A stretch of 64,000 nucleotides of DNA from Macrostomum lignano. Taxonomy: Eukaryota. Position 1 is the first letter of the stretch. Each line of letters starts with the position of its first letter. A model generated the notes under the pieces. It saw nothing but the letters and a program-made list of their open reading frames with translations. It was not told where the DNA came from and searched no databases. The position numbers were made by a program, and so were the translations under genes. The stretch spans positions 9,217 through 73,216 of the forward strand of contig NIVC01000192.1 in assembly GCA_002269645.1 (NCBI GenBank), in the 5' to 3' direction. Positions 1 through 12,900 of this stretch are shown one piece after another.

Positions 1-844
1 TAAATACACTGACGTCTAGCCAAACAGGCTCCCTGCCTGAGCCAACTTAATTACTTACTATCTCTGGCTCTGATCTCATTAAGATTAACTTAACTTATAT
101 TCTAATTATTCTATGACTATGTAATTGTAACATTCATTGTATGCCAGCATTACAGCATATTGTATGTCAAAATGAATGAACTAAGTGGACATTTACAGCT
201 AGTAGTAATGTTTTATCGTTTTGCATAGGGGATCTATGCCAATCATTGTCAAGTGTCAACCTCAGTAAAATGAATTAATGCCTAATAAGAATGGTTGCCT
301 TTTCTTCGTTTTCTATAACTAGACTAGGTAGTAAGTAAGCTAGGGGCCTGGGCCTATTTTATTTAACTAAAGTTTTCTTTTGACTCCATTGTCACAGTGT
401 CACATTAAGCTAGTGAGCTAGGCTTAATTAAATAACTTAGGGGCTATAAAATATTGTTCCTTATTTTCAATTTTTTGAACCTAGAACTTGATACATAAAG
501 ATTTGGCATTATTTTGTTAGATGATCCCCAAGCAGGTCAAGTTTCAATTTATGATCTCCATAAATTTTTTTCTAGAAGCACTATAGTATATTAAATAATT
601 GCATTAAAAAAATTTTTTTCATAGCATTTTATTTTTAGGCCTACTCATATATGCTTAACACCTATCTGAACTGGACAGGTAAAATGGCCGCCGGCCAAGG
701 TAAGTTGCAAAATCAAAAGTGGGAAAACAAAAAAATTAAGGGAAGAAAAAAAGGAGAGGAAGAGAAAAGGAAAAGAAAGGAGGAAGAAAATAGAGTAGAA
801 AGAGGAGAGAGAAGGATAAAGAGAAGAAAATAGAACAGAAAAAC

Positions 845-1670
845 TAAGTTGCAATCAGGAGGAACTAAGTTGCATTCGGGAGGAACTAAGTCACAATTAG
901 GAGGAACTAAGTTGCAATCAGGAGGAACTAAGTCGTATTCGAGAGGAACTAAGTCACAATTAGGAAGAACTAAGTTGCAATCAGGAGGAACTAAGTCACA
1001 ATTGAGAGGAACTAAGTCGCAACCAAGAGGAACTAAGTCCAGTGGTGTGATTCAGGCGCAAATTCTGGGGGTCTGGCGCAAAATTTTGTGGAACCATGGG
1101 CGCAAAAATTGCATTCTTATTTTCTGCTTTTTACACTTATTCTCTTGTCAGACAGTATGAAATACAAGAATGTCATAGCTTAGGAGATTAATCTAACAAA
1201 CTGAGTTCAATCTTTATCATTTTACTTCATGTCTTAGTCAATGTCGTCAATCACCAACACAAGCAGTCGTCTGCCTGCAGACATCGCCAACAAGAAATTC
1301 AGGCGGGACACGGCTAGGACTTGAGAGACATGCTAATTGGTAGCCAGACGCATAATCAAAAGTGTCATCAATTGACTTTTTTGGCTGTCAGTAGAATATT
1401 ATTGGCATGGCACTAAAATTTTTAGTCCGTGTGAAATTTGGCAAACTCCAATCACACCACTGACTAAGTCCCAATTGGGAGGAACTAAGTCGCAATTAGG
1501 AGAAACTAAGTTGCAATTAAGAGGAACTAAGTCACAATTAGGAGGAACTAAGTTGCAATCAAGAGGAACTAAGTCAATCGGGAGGAACTAAGTTGCAATC
1601 AGGAGGAACTAAGTCCCAATTAGGCAGAACTAAGTTGCAATCAAGAGAAACTAAGTCGCAATCAGGAGAT
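845..1670. repeat. 21-bp minisatellite (ggaggaactaagttgcaatca), split by an insertion at 1040-1462
   Basis: Tandem units visible at 845-1039 and 1463-1670. Confidence 0.85.
1040..1462. mobile_element. hAT-type MITE (423 bp) nested in the minisatellite
   Basis: Perfect 13-bp TIRs CAGTGGTGTGATT (1040-1052) / AATCACACCACTG (1450-1462). Identical 8-bp flanks ACTAAGTC at 1032-1039 and 1463-1470. Confidence 0.9.
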
Positions 1671-1744
1671 TTTTTGCCTGTCATCTAGGCATTGTAGTAG
1701 TGTATCTAGATGTTGTATATATGGCAAATTTTCAAAGGCATGAT

Positions 1745-2050
1745 ACATAGAAGGCTCCAATTTGTGTGCAGCACAATGGTGTTAGAAGAAATTTTTTCTT
1801 GCCTGTGGTTTTAGCAAACTTGTAAGTCCAACTCAACTTCCTGTCATCACAGATGCTTTATCTGTTGTAATGCCCTATAGACTTGCAAAACAACTATCAT
1901 AACTGTCACATCTTGAGTAAATAAATCTTTTAGCATATCATGCTTTGTCTTTTTTCTGTGACTGACAGTTGCTTAAATCTTTAGAAGTACATTATTGGTT
2001 TGCTCTTCTCAAGCATCCGGAAATATATCATTAGGTAACTATTTGTAACT
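1745..2050 (-). pseudogene. hAT-superfamily transposase relic
   Basis: One minus frame reads GITTDKASVMTGS*VGLTSLLKPQARKNFF*HHCAAHKLEP (1874 to 1752). This matches the hAT TDGA..MTG catalytic-Asp motif followed by the CxxH motif, with in-frame stops. Confidence 0.6.
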
Positions 2051-2789
2051 GTTTGTATAACTATATATCTTTTTCTTGGAGGACTCTCACTTCTTTGGCC
2101 ATCAGTCTCAGTCTCCGAATCTGAGTCCAAATGAATTGCTGTATGTGGTCATTGGATCCACGCTTCAATATCAGCATCAGTTGATGGGCAATATTCTATA
2201 GCAATATATTCAGCATGAGCATTGTGCCATCATAAAAATTCTGTCTCAAGACATCTAGTTTCTTCATTAATTTCAAAAACAGCTTCTATTTCAGCTGAAT
2301 TATTTGAGAAGAGCAATATATGTGGGTTGTTGCATCTGCACCATGAATCTTAATTTTTGAATTCTGCACAGATAGATCTCTATTAGAAGCAACAACCTGT
2401 GGATTTTGCACCGCCATTAACAGTCCCTCTCTATGTGAGCTTGCTGAACATTGTGATGGTGGTGCTTCTAGTTCCCTTGAATGTGCTGTAGCTGCACATT
2501 ACCTGATCCCCAGACTGCACTTAAGATTGCTAGTAAATTTTCTTCTAATATCCAATGCACACCAGAAAAATCATTACCTTCTCTAGGAGTTACATGACCA
2601 AGTTTCCATTGTGTAAGAGCAATGGCTTTTGCTCTTCAGCTGCAGAAAGAGGGGTACTGGTTGATAGATTAGTCTTCATGGCCTTTTTCATCCTATTCAC
2701 ATGCAGGATTCAGTAAACGAGAGCTAAGCAATAAGTTTCTGGGTGTGCATAGTTGAGGGGCAGCTGACAAAATCTGACACCATAGGTGT

Positions 2790-3218
2790 CAAGTACATTA
2801 GATAAGTACAATGTTTGTATACTTTCAATAAAAAATCAAGTCTTGTGCTATGCTTCCACACTGCATTTTCAATACTATGATGCAATTCAATTTAGTATCA
2901 AAATTCAGTCAGTATACAGATGAGAATTAAAAAGCATTTTGTGATGCAATCTATTTCAGAATCAGAATTCAACCAGTCAGTTTTTTGCTAGCATTCTTAC
3001 AATGCATTTTAAGTTTAAAGGGCTGCTTGACCTTTGTAAAAAACATGTTTTTCAAATATTTAATCCCTTTAGCATTGAGCAATTTCTTAGCCACATTGCA
3101 TGTATTGTCACAGAAAAAATTCTGATTGAATGGTGCAAGTTCGAAAAAAAGGGTTGAGCCATTTTTTCTTTAATTGATCACATGGATAGACACAGAGAGA
3201 CCATTTTTAGTATCTGGA
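2790..3218 (-). mobile_element. 5' portion of a non-autonomous Helitron-like element, inverted
   Basis: Reverse complement begins TCCAGATACTAAAAATGG at 3218, like TCCATATACTAAAAATGG at 9941, and continues through the shared head sequence. Confidence 0.65.
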
Positions 3219-3296
3219 GAAGATGGAGATGGGAGATGGAGACTAGTGTAAAAAATCACATGTGAGTATGTGATTTGGTATAATTTGTTATATAGG

Positions 3297-4479
3297 ACAT
3301 ATACTAATATAAATTGGCTCAACTGATTTTCTTTAAACTTGTACCATTCAATCAGAAATTTTCCTGGGATAGTACATGTATTGTGGCTAAGAAATTGCTC
3401 AATGTTAAAGGGATTAAATATTCGAAAAACATGCTTTTTTGCAAAGTTAAAGCAATTTTTTTGACTTAAAATGCAATTGTAAGAATTTTAGAGAAAAATC
3501 TAACTGATTGAATTTTAATTCTAATAAAGATAGCATCATAACAAGTTGAAAACAGTGCCAAAGAAATGCACACAAGACTTGATTTAAATTGCATAACCAA
3601 TATTGCTAACTTGAATTGAGACTGATACTGGCTGACTAAGAAATTCATTGTGTCATAACTTTTTACTGTAACTGACTTGCTATTAGAATTGAAGTATAAG
3701 GGCAACAGTTCATGTTCTCCAATTGAAAAGAGATAGCCTAGATGCAAACAGACTGGACTGCTAATGTAGCGACCTAGGTTCAAATTTTAGTAGTGCAAAA
3801 TGATTTTTTTATTAAAACACCTTAAAAACACAAAATGCTAAACATAAAAGAAGCACAATATCAAACAGAAAAGTGGCATGATGTCAAAAGTTATAGAGCT
3901 ACCATGTTAAACATAAAAGAGCCACTATGTCAAACAAAAAAGAGCCACCATGTCAAACATAAGAGCCTCCATCTCAAATGTAAAAGAGCCACCATGTCAA
4001 ACATAAAAGAGCTACTATGTCAAACATAAAAGAGCCACCACTTTAAACTTAAAGAGCCATCTATGAGGGGGTTGCTAGCTATCTATAAGGATTCTTTGTA
4101 TCCAGGGTTGCTTGCTATCTGGGTTATGCTTGCTATCTGGGGTTGCTTGCTATTGGGGGATGCTTGCTATCTGGGAGATGCTTGCTGTCTATGGGATGTT
4201 TGCTATTTAGGGGATGCTTGCTGTTTTGGGGATGTTTTCTATTAAGGGGGAATGTCTGTTATCTTTGTGAAAACTTTATTTTGTTGTCTTTCTATTAATT
4301 TAAAAAAGAGATTCATAGCAAAAATCTTTGTCCATAACAATTTTACTCAAATAAAGTGATTCTTAAAACTGAAACAGGAAATGTGCTTAAGAAAAAAGGT
4401 GCTTTTTTAATTGTTTTTCATAAATAATTTTTGCTCCTTACTTTTTTCATGCCCCAAAGAAAGGCACTAGAATTGCTAG
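3297..4479 (+). mobile_element. Non-autonomous Helitron-like element, copy A (diverged), with 23-bp satellite at 3835-4060
   Basis: Shared head, tRNA-like motif near 3735-3790, unit atgtcaaacataaaagagccacc, then gatgcttgctatctg repeats (4063-4245) and the shared tail. Ends in a decayed hairpin plus CTAG at 4476-4479, followed directly by TC. Confidence 0.65.
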
Positions 4480-5020
4480 TCTAATATACTAAAAATGAAA
4501 TGCTTGGTTGCTTGCTTGTAATTGATTTTCTCCCGAACGGCTCAACCGATTTTCTTCAAACTTGCACCATTCGATCAGAAATTTTCCCGGGACGGTACAT
4601 GCATATTGGCTAAGAAATTGCTCAATGTTAAAGGGATTAAATATTCGAAAAACATGATTTTTTGCAAAGGTCAAGCAGCTCTTTCGACCTGAAATGCATT
4701 GTAAGAATGCTAGAGAAAAATCTGACTGGTTGAATTCTGATTCTGAAATAGATTGCATCACAATACACTTTATTTATCGTCTGTGTACTGGCTGAATTTG
4801 ACACTCAATTGAATTGCGTCACAGCTTTGAGGGTGAAAGTATAGTGCAGTACTGAATTTATATTACGTAACCATATTGTTAACTTTCATAGACACTGGTA
4901 CTGACTTGCCTAAGAAATTGATTATGTCATAACTGCTTCGCGTGACTTTTTACTCTACCTGACTTGGTGTGAGTGTTGAATTAATTATATAAGTGGTACA
5001 AATTCACTGATAACTTCGAT

Positions 5021-5113
5021 GAGAGCTAGCCTAGAGCTGAGCAGACCAGACTGCTAATGCAGCGACCTGGGTTCGAATCTAAGTAGTTTAAAAGTAGTAG
5101 TGTAAAATTTTTT
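5021..5113 (+). ncRNA. tRNA-derived Pol III-like unit inside the Helitron head (other copies near 3735, 7338, 10495)
   Basis: A-box-like TAGCCTAGAGCTG, CTGCTAA loop as in tRNA-Ser(GCT), B box GGTTCGAATC and a T6 run at 5108-5113. There is no 3' acceptor strand, so it is not a tRNA gene. Transcription is inferred, not shown. Confidence 0.5.
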
Positions 5114-5151
5114 ATTAAAAGCTTTTATTAAAGGACTAAATAAAAACACTT

Positions 5152-7055
5152 AGATTACTGCACTCGATAAGCTAAGGATTATTGCTCTTGGCAAACCAAG
5201 GAATACTGCACTCGATAAGCCAAGGATTATTGCTCTTGGCAAACCAAGGATTACTGCACTCGATAAGCCATGGATTATTGCTATTAATAAACCAAGGATT
5301 ACTGCACTCGATAAGCCAAGGATTATTGCTATTAATAAACCATGAATTACTGCACTCGATAAGCCAAGGATTATTGCTATTAATAAACCAAGGATTACTG
5401 CACTCATAAGCCATGGATTATTGCTATTAATAAACCAAGGGTTACTGCACTCGATAAGCCAAGGATTATTGCTATTAATAAACCAAGGATTACTGCACTC
5501 GATAAACCAAGGATTATTGCTATTAATAAACCAATGATTACTGCACTCGATAAGCCAAGGACTATTGCTATTAATAAACCAAGGATTACTGCACTCAATA
5601 AACCAAGGACTATTGCTCTTGGCAAACCAAGGATTACTGCACTCGATAAGCCAAGGACTATTGCTCTTGGCAAACCAAGGATTACTGCACTCGATAAGCC
5701 ATGGATTATTGCTATTAATAAACCAAGGATTACTGCACTCGATAAGCCAAGGATTATTGCTATTAATAAACTAAGGATTACTGCACTCGATAAACCAAGG
5801 ATTATTGCTATTAATAAACCAAGGATTATGCACTTGGCAAACCAAGGATTACTGCAATCGATAAGCCAAGGATTATTGCTATTAATAAACCAAGCATTAC
5901 TGCACTCAATAAACCAAGGACTATTGCTATTAATAAACCAAGGATTACTGCACTCAAAAAACCAAGGACTATTGCTCTTGGCAAACCAAGGATTACTGCA
6001 CTCGATAAGCCAAGGATTATTGCTATTAATAAACCAAGGATTACTGCACTCGATAAGCCAAGGATTATTGCTATTAATAAACCAAGGATTAATGCACTCG
6101 ATAAACCAAGGATTATTGCTATTAATAAACCAAGGATTACTGCACTCGATAAGCCAAGGATTATTGCTATTAATAAACCAAGGATTATGCACTTGGCAAA
6201 CCAAGGATTACTGCACTCGATAAGCCAAGGATTATTGCTATTAATAAACCAAGGATTACTGCACTCAATAAACCAAGGACTATTGCTATTAATAAACCAA
6301 GGATTACTGCACTCAATAAACCAAGGACTATTGCTCTTGGCAAACCAAGGATTACTGCACTCGATAAGCCAAGGACTATTGCTCTTGGCAAACCAAGGAT
6401 TACTGCACTCGATAAGCCATGGATTATTGCTATTAATAAACCAAGGATTACTGCACTCGATAAGCCAAGGATTATTGCTATTAATAAACCAAGGATTACT
6501 GCACTCGATAAACCAAGGATTATGCACTTGGCAAACCAAGGATTACTGCACTCGATAAGCCAAGGATTATTGCTATTAATAAACCAAGGATTACTGCACT
6601 CAATAAACCAAGGACTATTGCTATTAATAAACCAAGGATTACTGCACTCAATAAACCAAGGACTATTGCTCTTGGCAAACCAAGGATTACTGCACTCGAT
6701 AAGCCAAGGACTATTGCTCTTGGCAAACCAAGGATTACTGCACTCGATAAGCCATGGATTATTGCTATTAATAAACCAAGGATTACTGCACTCGATAAGC
6801 CAAGGATTATTGCTATTAATAAACCAAGGATTACTGCACTCGATAAGGCATGGATTATTGCTATTAATAAACCAAGGATTACTGCACTCGATAAGCCAAG
6901 GATTATTGCTATTAATAAACCATGAATTACTGCACTCGATAAGCCAAGGATTATTGCTATTAATAAACCAAGGATTACTGCACTCGATAAGCCATGGATT
7001 ATTGCTATTAATAAACCAAGGATTACTGCACTCGATAGCCAAGGATTACTGCGCT
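5152..7055. repeat. 24-bp satellite, alternating dimer (ccaaggattactgcactcgataag / ccaaggattattgctattaataaa or ccaaggactattgctcttggcaaa)
   Basis: About 79 units, with 8-aa periodicity in all spurious ORFs across it. Confidence 0.95.
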
Positions 7056-7454
7056 TGATAAGCTTGGCTACATGTATAGGATTATTTCTATCCAGGGATG
7101 CTTGCTATTTAGGGATTCTTGCTATGTGCAGGATGCTTGCTATCTGGAAGGATGCTTCTACATTATTTGGGGTATGCTTGCTATCTGCAAGATGCTTGCT
7201 ATCTGCAAGATGCTTGCTATCTGCAGATGCTTGCTATCTGGGTGGATGCTTGCTAGGAGTATTAGGGGATGCTTGCTACTGGGGGATGCTTGCTGTCTTG
7301 GGAATATTTTCTATTTAGGGGTAATGACTAAAATTCATGAGAGCTAGCCTAGAGGTAAACAGACTAAACTGCTAAATGCAGGGACGATGGTTCGAATTTT
7401 TAGAGAGTAGAGTTTTTTTAATTAAAGCCTTTTAACGCCAAGACAAAAAAAATT

Positions 7455-8360
7455 ATGGAAGCGTCATGTAAACAATCATACAAGCGTCATGTAAACAATC
7501 ATAGAAGCGTCATGTAAACAATCATAGAAGCGTCATGTAAAAATCATAGAAGCGTCATGTAAAAATCATAGAAGCGTAATGTAAACAATCATAGAAGCGT
7601 CATGTTAAAATCATAAAAGCGTCATGTAAACAATCATACAAGCGTCATGTAAACAATCATAGAAGCGTCATGTAAAAAAATCATAGAAGCGTCATGTTAA
7701 AATCATAAAAGCGTCATAAAAAATCATAGAAGCGTCATGCAAGCAATCATAGAAGCGTAATGTAAACAATCATAGAAGCGTCATGTTAAAATCATACAAG
7801 CGTCATGTAAACAATCATACAAGCGTCATGTAAACAATCATAGAAGCGTCATGTAAAAAAATCATAGAAGCGTCATGTTAAAATCATAGAAGCGTCATGT
7901 AAACAATCATAGAAGCGTCATGTAAACAATCATAGAAGCGTCATGTAAAAATCATAGAAGCGTCATGTAAAAATCATAGAAGCGTCATGTAAACAATCAT
8001 AAAAGCGTCATGTAAACAATCATAGAAGCGTCATGTATACAATCATAGAAGCGTCATGTAAACAATCATAGAAGCGTCATGTATACAATCATAGAAGCGT
8101 CATGTAAACAATCATAGAAGCGTCATGTAAAAATCATAGAAGCGTCATGTAAAAATCATAGAAGCGTCATGTAAAAATCATAGAAGCGTCATGTAAAAAA
8201 TCATAGAAGCGTCATGTAAAAATCATAAAAGCGTCATGTAAAAAATCATAGAAGCGTCATGTAAACAATCATACAAGCGTCATGTAAACAATCATAGAAG
8301 CGTCATGTAAAAATCATACAAGCGTCATGTAAACAAGCATAGAAGCGTCATGAAAAAATT
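7455..8360. repeat. 22-23-bp satellite (aatcatagaagcgtcatgtaaac)
   Basis: About 39 tandem units that decay into degenerate copies towards 8500. Confidence 0.95.
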
Positions 8361-9322
8361 ATAGAAGCCTCATATAAAAACTAATGAAAGTGTGTCATTT
8401 AAAAAATTAAGGAGCATCATGGAAGAATAAAAGAAGCGTAACGTAAAAATCAAAAGAAGCGTCATGTCAGACATGAAAGAAATGTCATATAAAAATTAAA
8501 TGAAGCTATAGTACAGTGCTGTGCTGGGGAGAATTACTGAGACGTCAAGGCTCACAGAGAATAACTGAGATTACAGGGGGGTTTCTGAGATGTTAAAGCA
8601 AAAGTCAGAAGCTACTTCAAAGTACATGTACTTTACTTAAGTTTTTTATTGCATTCTTTGTTGGCTTGCCACGGTGGGGGGGAGGGCGCTGATAGAAGAA
8701 GAGTCATGTAAAAATAAAAGGAGCACTATGTATACATAAAATAAAAGTCATGTCAAAGTTAAAAGATTCATTTGGGAATTGCTACGATGTCAAAGCTTGG
8801 AGGGAATCGTTATAGTGCTGTGATTCTTAAAGAAGGAATCACTTAAATGCCAAGGCTTAGGGAAGAAGAATTGCTGTGATTTCAAGGCTTTAGGTTGGGT
8901 GAAAGTTAGGTTTACGTCAGGTTTGGGTTGAGGGTTAGATTTTAGCGCGTTTCAAGGTTAACAGGGGATTTTTTAGATTTCAAGGTTTATGGGGGGCATC
9001 GCTGACATGTCAAGGCTTACGAGGGGAATCTATCTATCTATCTATAGCTGAGATGTCAAGGCTCACGGGGAATAAATGAGATGTCAAGGCTAATGTCAGA
9101 AGCTACATGTAGTTTATTGGAAAAAAGTTATTACATTATTTGTTGGCTCCTCACGGGAGGGATCGCTGATAGAAAAAGCGTAATGTAAAAAAAAAAGAAG
9201 CTTCATGTCAAAGTTAAGAGATTCATTTGGGAATCCCTACGATGTCGAGGCTTGCAGGGAATCGCTATAATGCTGTAGTAGTGCTATAGACTCTTAGAGA
9301 GAATTACTGAAATTTCAATGCT

Positions 9323-9356
9323 TTAGGGTTAGGGTTAGGGTTAGGGTTAGGGTTAG
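9323..9356 (+). repeat. Interstitial telomere-like repeat (TTAGGG)5 TTAG
   Basis: Five perfect TTAGGG units plus a partial unit. Confidence 0.9.
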
Positions 9357-9940
9357 AAAATAGACAGATTTTTTAAGATTTCAAGGCTTGTGGGAGCATT
9401 GCTGAGATGTCAAGGGGGGAGTTGATATGTTAAGGCTTGTGGGGGGGGATTGCTGACATGTCAAGGCTTACAAGGGTACTGGTAGCGTACTGAAGCATAC
9501 TGGTAGAAGTAGCTCTGAAAGAAGGCAAGTATGGTTGAATTTCAATGTCTGTTATAAAATTCTGCACAAACATGTTTTATTGGTACATAAGCCTGGAATT
9601 AAAATGAAAATTCGATTCCTAGCCCCCCTCCCTAAGAATTTTTTTTTTCATTTAAAAGGATTCGTCCCTTGCTTATTGGCCACCCCGAAGGCCATTTTTT
9701 ATCAAAAATGATAAAAATAATTTTTATCAAACACGTTGACATATACAGGGCTCTAAACTAAAAACTGTAAAAAGTTGATAGTTTTGTTTTACCTAAAATG
9801 CGTTATTAACGATCTCCAAAAATTCCTATTTTAAGCTTAAGCTTAAGAAAAACACTTAAAGTACTCCTGCTAAAAGGTATATTATATTAGACGAATATTA
9901 ATTATTTCTGCTCCCCGAAGGGGGGCAATACTTTAGCTAG

Positions 9941-12900
9941 TCCATATACTAAAAATGGTCTGTCGGTATGTGTGTGTGTGTATGTGTGTGTGTGTGATCG
10001 ATTTTAGCAAAAACGGCTCAACCGATTTTCTTCGAACTTGCACTGTTCGATCAGAAATTTTCCCGTGACAGTACATGCATCGTGGCTAAGAAATTGCTTG
10101 ATGCTAAAGGGATTAAATATTCGAAAAACATGCTTTTTTGCAAAGGTCAAGCAGCTCTTTCGACTTGAAATGCATCGTAAGAATGCTAGCAGAAAAACTG
10201 ACTGGTTGAATTCTGATTCTGAAATAGATTGCATCACAATACACTTTATTTATCGTCTGTGTACTGGCTGAATTTGACACTCAATTGAATTGCGTCACAG
10301 CTTTGAGTGTGAAAGCATAGCGCAGTACTGAATTTATATTACGTAACCATATTGTAAACTTTCATAGACACTGGTACTGACTTGCCTAAGAAATTGATTA
10401 TGTCATAACTGCTTCGTGAGACTTTTTACTCTACCTGACTTGGTGTGAGTGTTGAATTATATAAGTGGTACAACATCACTGATAACTTCGATGAGAGCTA
10501 GCCTAGAGCTGAACAGACCAGACTGCTAATGCAGCGACCTAGGTTCGAATCTAAGTAGTTTAAAAGTAGTAGTGTAAATTTTTTTATTAAAAGGTTTTAT
10601 TAAAGGACTAAATAAAAACACTTAGATTACTGCACTCGATAAGCCAAGGATTATTGCTATTAATAAACCAAGGACTACTGCACTCGATAAACCAAGGACT
10701 ATTGCTCTTGGCAAACCAAGGATTACTGCACTCAAGAAGCCAAGGATTATTGCTATTAATAAACCAAGGATTACTGCACTTGGAAAACCAAGGATTACTG
10801 CACTCGATAAACCAAGGACTATTGCTCTTGGCAAACCAAGGATTACTGCACTCAAGAAGCCAAGGATTATTGCACTTGGAAAACCAAGGATTACTGCACT
10901 CGATAAACCAAGGACTATTGCTCTTGGCAAACCAAGGATTACTGCACTCAAGAAGCCAAGGATTATTGCTATTAATAAACCAAGGATTACTGCACTTGGA
11001 AAACCAAGGATTACTGCACTCGATAAACCAAGGACTATTGCTCTTGGCAAACCAAGGATTACTGCACTCAAGAAGCCAAGGATTATTGCACTTGGAAAAC
11101 CAAGGATTACTGCACTCGATAAACCAAGGACTATTGCACTTGATAAACCAAGGAATATTGCACTTGATAGGCCAAGGATTACTGCACTTGATAAACCAAG
11201 GATTATTGCACTTGATAGGCCAAAGATTACTGCGCTTGATAAACCAAGGATTATTGCACTTGATAAACCAAGGATTATTGCACTTGATAAGCCAAGGATT
11301 ACTGCGCTTGATAAACCAAGGATTATTGCACTTGATAAACAAAGGATTATTGCACTTGATAAACAAAGGATTATTGCACTTGATAAACAAAGGATTATTG
11401 CACTTGATAAACCAAGGATTATTGCACTTGATAAGCCAAGGATTATTGCACTTGATAAGCCATGGATTATTGCACTTGATAGTAAAGAATGTTGCACTTG
11501 ATAAGCCAAGGATTAATGCACTGGATTATTCAAGGATTATTGATATTAATAAACCAAGGACTACTCCACTCGATAAACCAAGGATTATTGCTCTTAATAA
11601 ACCAAGGATTACTGCACTTGGAAAACTAAGGATTACTGCACTCGATAAACCAAAGACTATTGCACTTGATAAACCAAGGATTATTGCACTTGATAGGCCA
11701 AGGATTACTGCACTTGATAAACCAAGGATTATTGCACTTGATAGGCCAAAAATTACTGCGCTTGATAAACCAAGGATTATTGCACTTGATAAACCAAGGA
11801 TTATTGCACTTGATAAGCCAAGGATTATTGCACTTGATAAACAAATGATTATTGCAGTTGATAAGCCAAGGATTATTGCATCTGATAAACCAAAGATTAT
11901 TGCACTTGATAAACCAAGGATTATTGCACTTGATAAACAAAGGATTATTGCACTTGATAGGCCAAAGATTACTGCGCTTGATAAACCAAGGATTATTGCA
12001 CTTGATAAACCAAGGATTATTGCACTTGATAAGCCAAGGATTATTGCACTTGATAAACCAAGGATTATTGCAGTTGATAAGCCAAGGATTATTGCATCTG
12101 ATAAACCAAGGATTATTGCACTTGATAAACCAAGGATTATTGCACTTGATAAACCAAGGATTATTGCACTTGATAAACCAAGGATTATTGCTCTTGGCAA
12201 ACCAAGGATTACTGCACTCGATAAGCCAAGGATTATTGCTCTTAATAAACCAAGGATTACTGCACTTGGAAAACTAAGGATTACTGCACTCGATAAACTA
12301 AGGATTATTGCTCTTGGCAAACCAAGGATTATTGCACTTGATAGGCCAAGGATTACTGCACTTGATAAACCAAGGATTATTGCACTTGATAAACCAAGGA
12401 TTATTGCACTTGATAAGCCAAGGATTATTGCACTTGATAGGCCAAGGATTACTGCGCTTGATAAACCAAGGATTATTGCACTTGATAAACCAAGGATTAT
12501 TGCAGTTGATAAGCCAAGGATTATTGCACTTGATAAACCAAGGATTATTACACTTGATAAACCAAGGATTATTGCACTTGATAAACCAAGGATTATTGCA
12601 CTTGATAGGCCAAGGATTACTGCACTTGATAAACCAAGGATTATTGCACTTGATAGGCCAAAGATTACTGCGCTTGATAAACCAAGGATTATTGCAGTTG
12701 ATAAGCCAAGGATTATTGCACTTGATAAACCAAGGATTATTTCACTTGATAAACCAAGGATTATTGCACTTGATAAACAAATATTGCACTTGATAAACCA
12801 AGGATTATTGCACCTGATAAGCCAAGGATTACTGCGCTAGATAAACCAAGGATTATTGCACTTAATAAACCAAGGATTATTGCACTTAATAAACCAAGGA

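Larger units (their letters stand above)
646..1700 (+). mobile_element. Degenerate hAT-type MITE, same family as 15410-15732, carrying a 21-bp minisatellite and a nested MITE
   Basis: 646-720 (catatatgcttaacacc...gaactggacaggtaaaatggccgccggccaaggtaagttgcaaaatcaaaa) matches the reverse complement of the right end of 15410-15732, followed by the same GA-rich tract and ggaactaag repeats. The right end is decayed and approximate. Confidence 0.65.
4480..9940 (+). mobile_element. Composite Helitron-like unit: copy B, headless module C and a short 3' element
   Basis: Starts TC at 4480. The head is nearly identical to 10015-10620. A 24-bp satellite is followed by a second tRNA-like motif (about 7338-7400) and a 23-bp satellite. 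3'-end motif cttattggccaccccgaagg near 9672, then hairpin GCTCCCC-GAA-GGGGGGC (9910-9926) and CTAG at 9937-9940. Confidence 0.7.
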
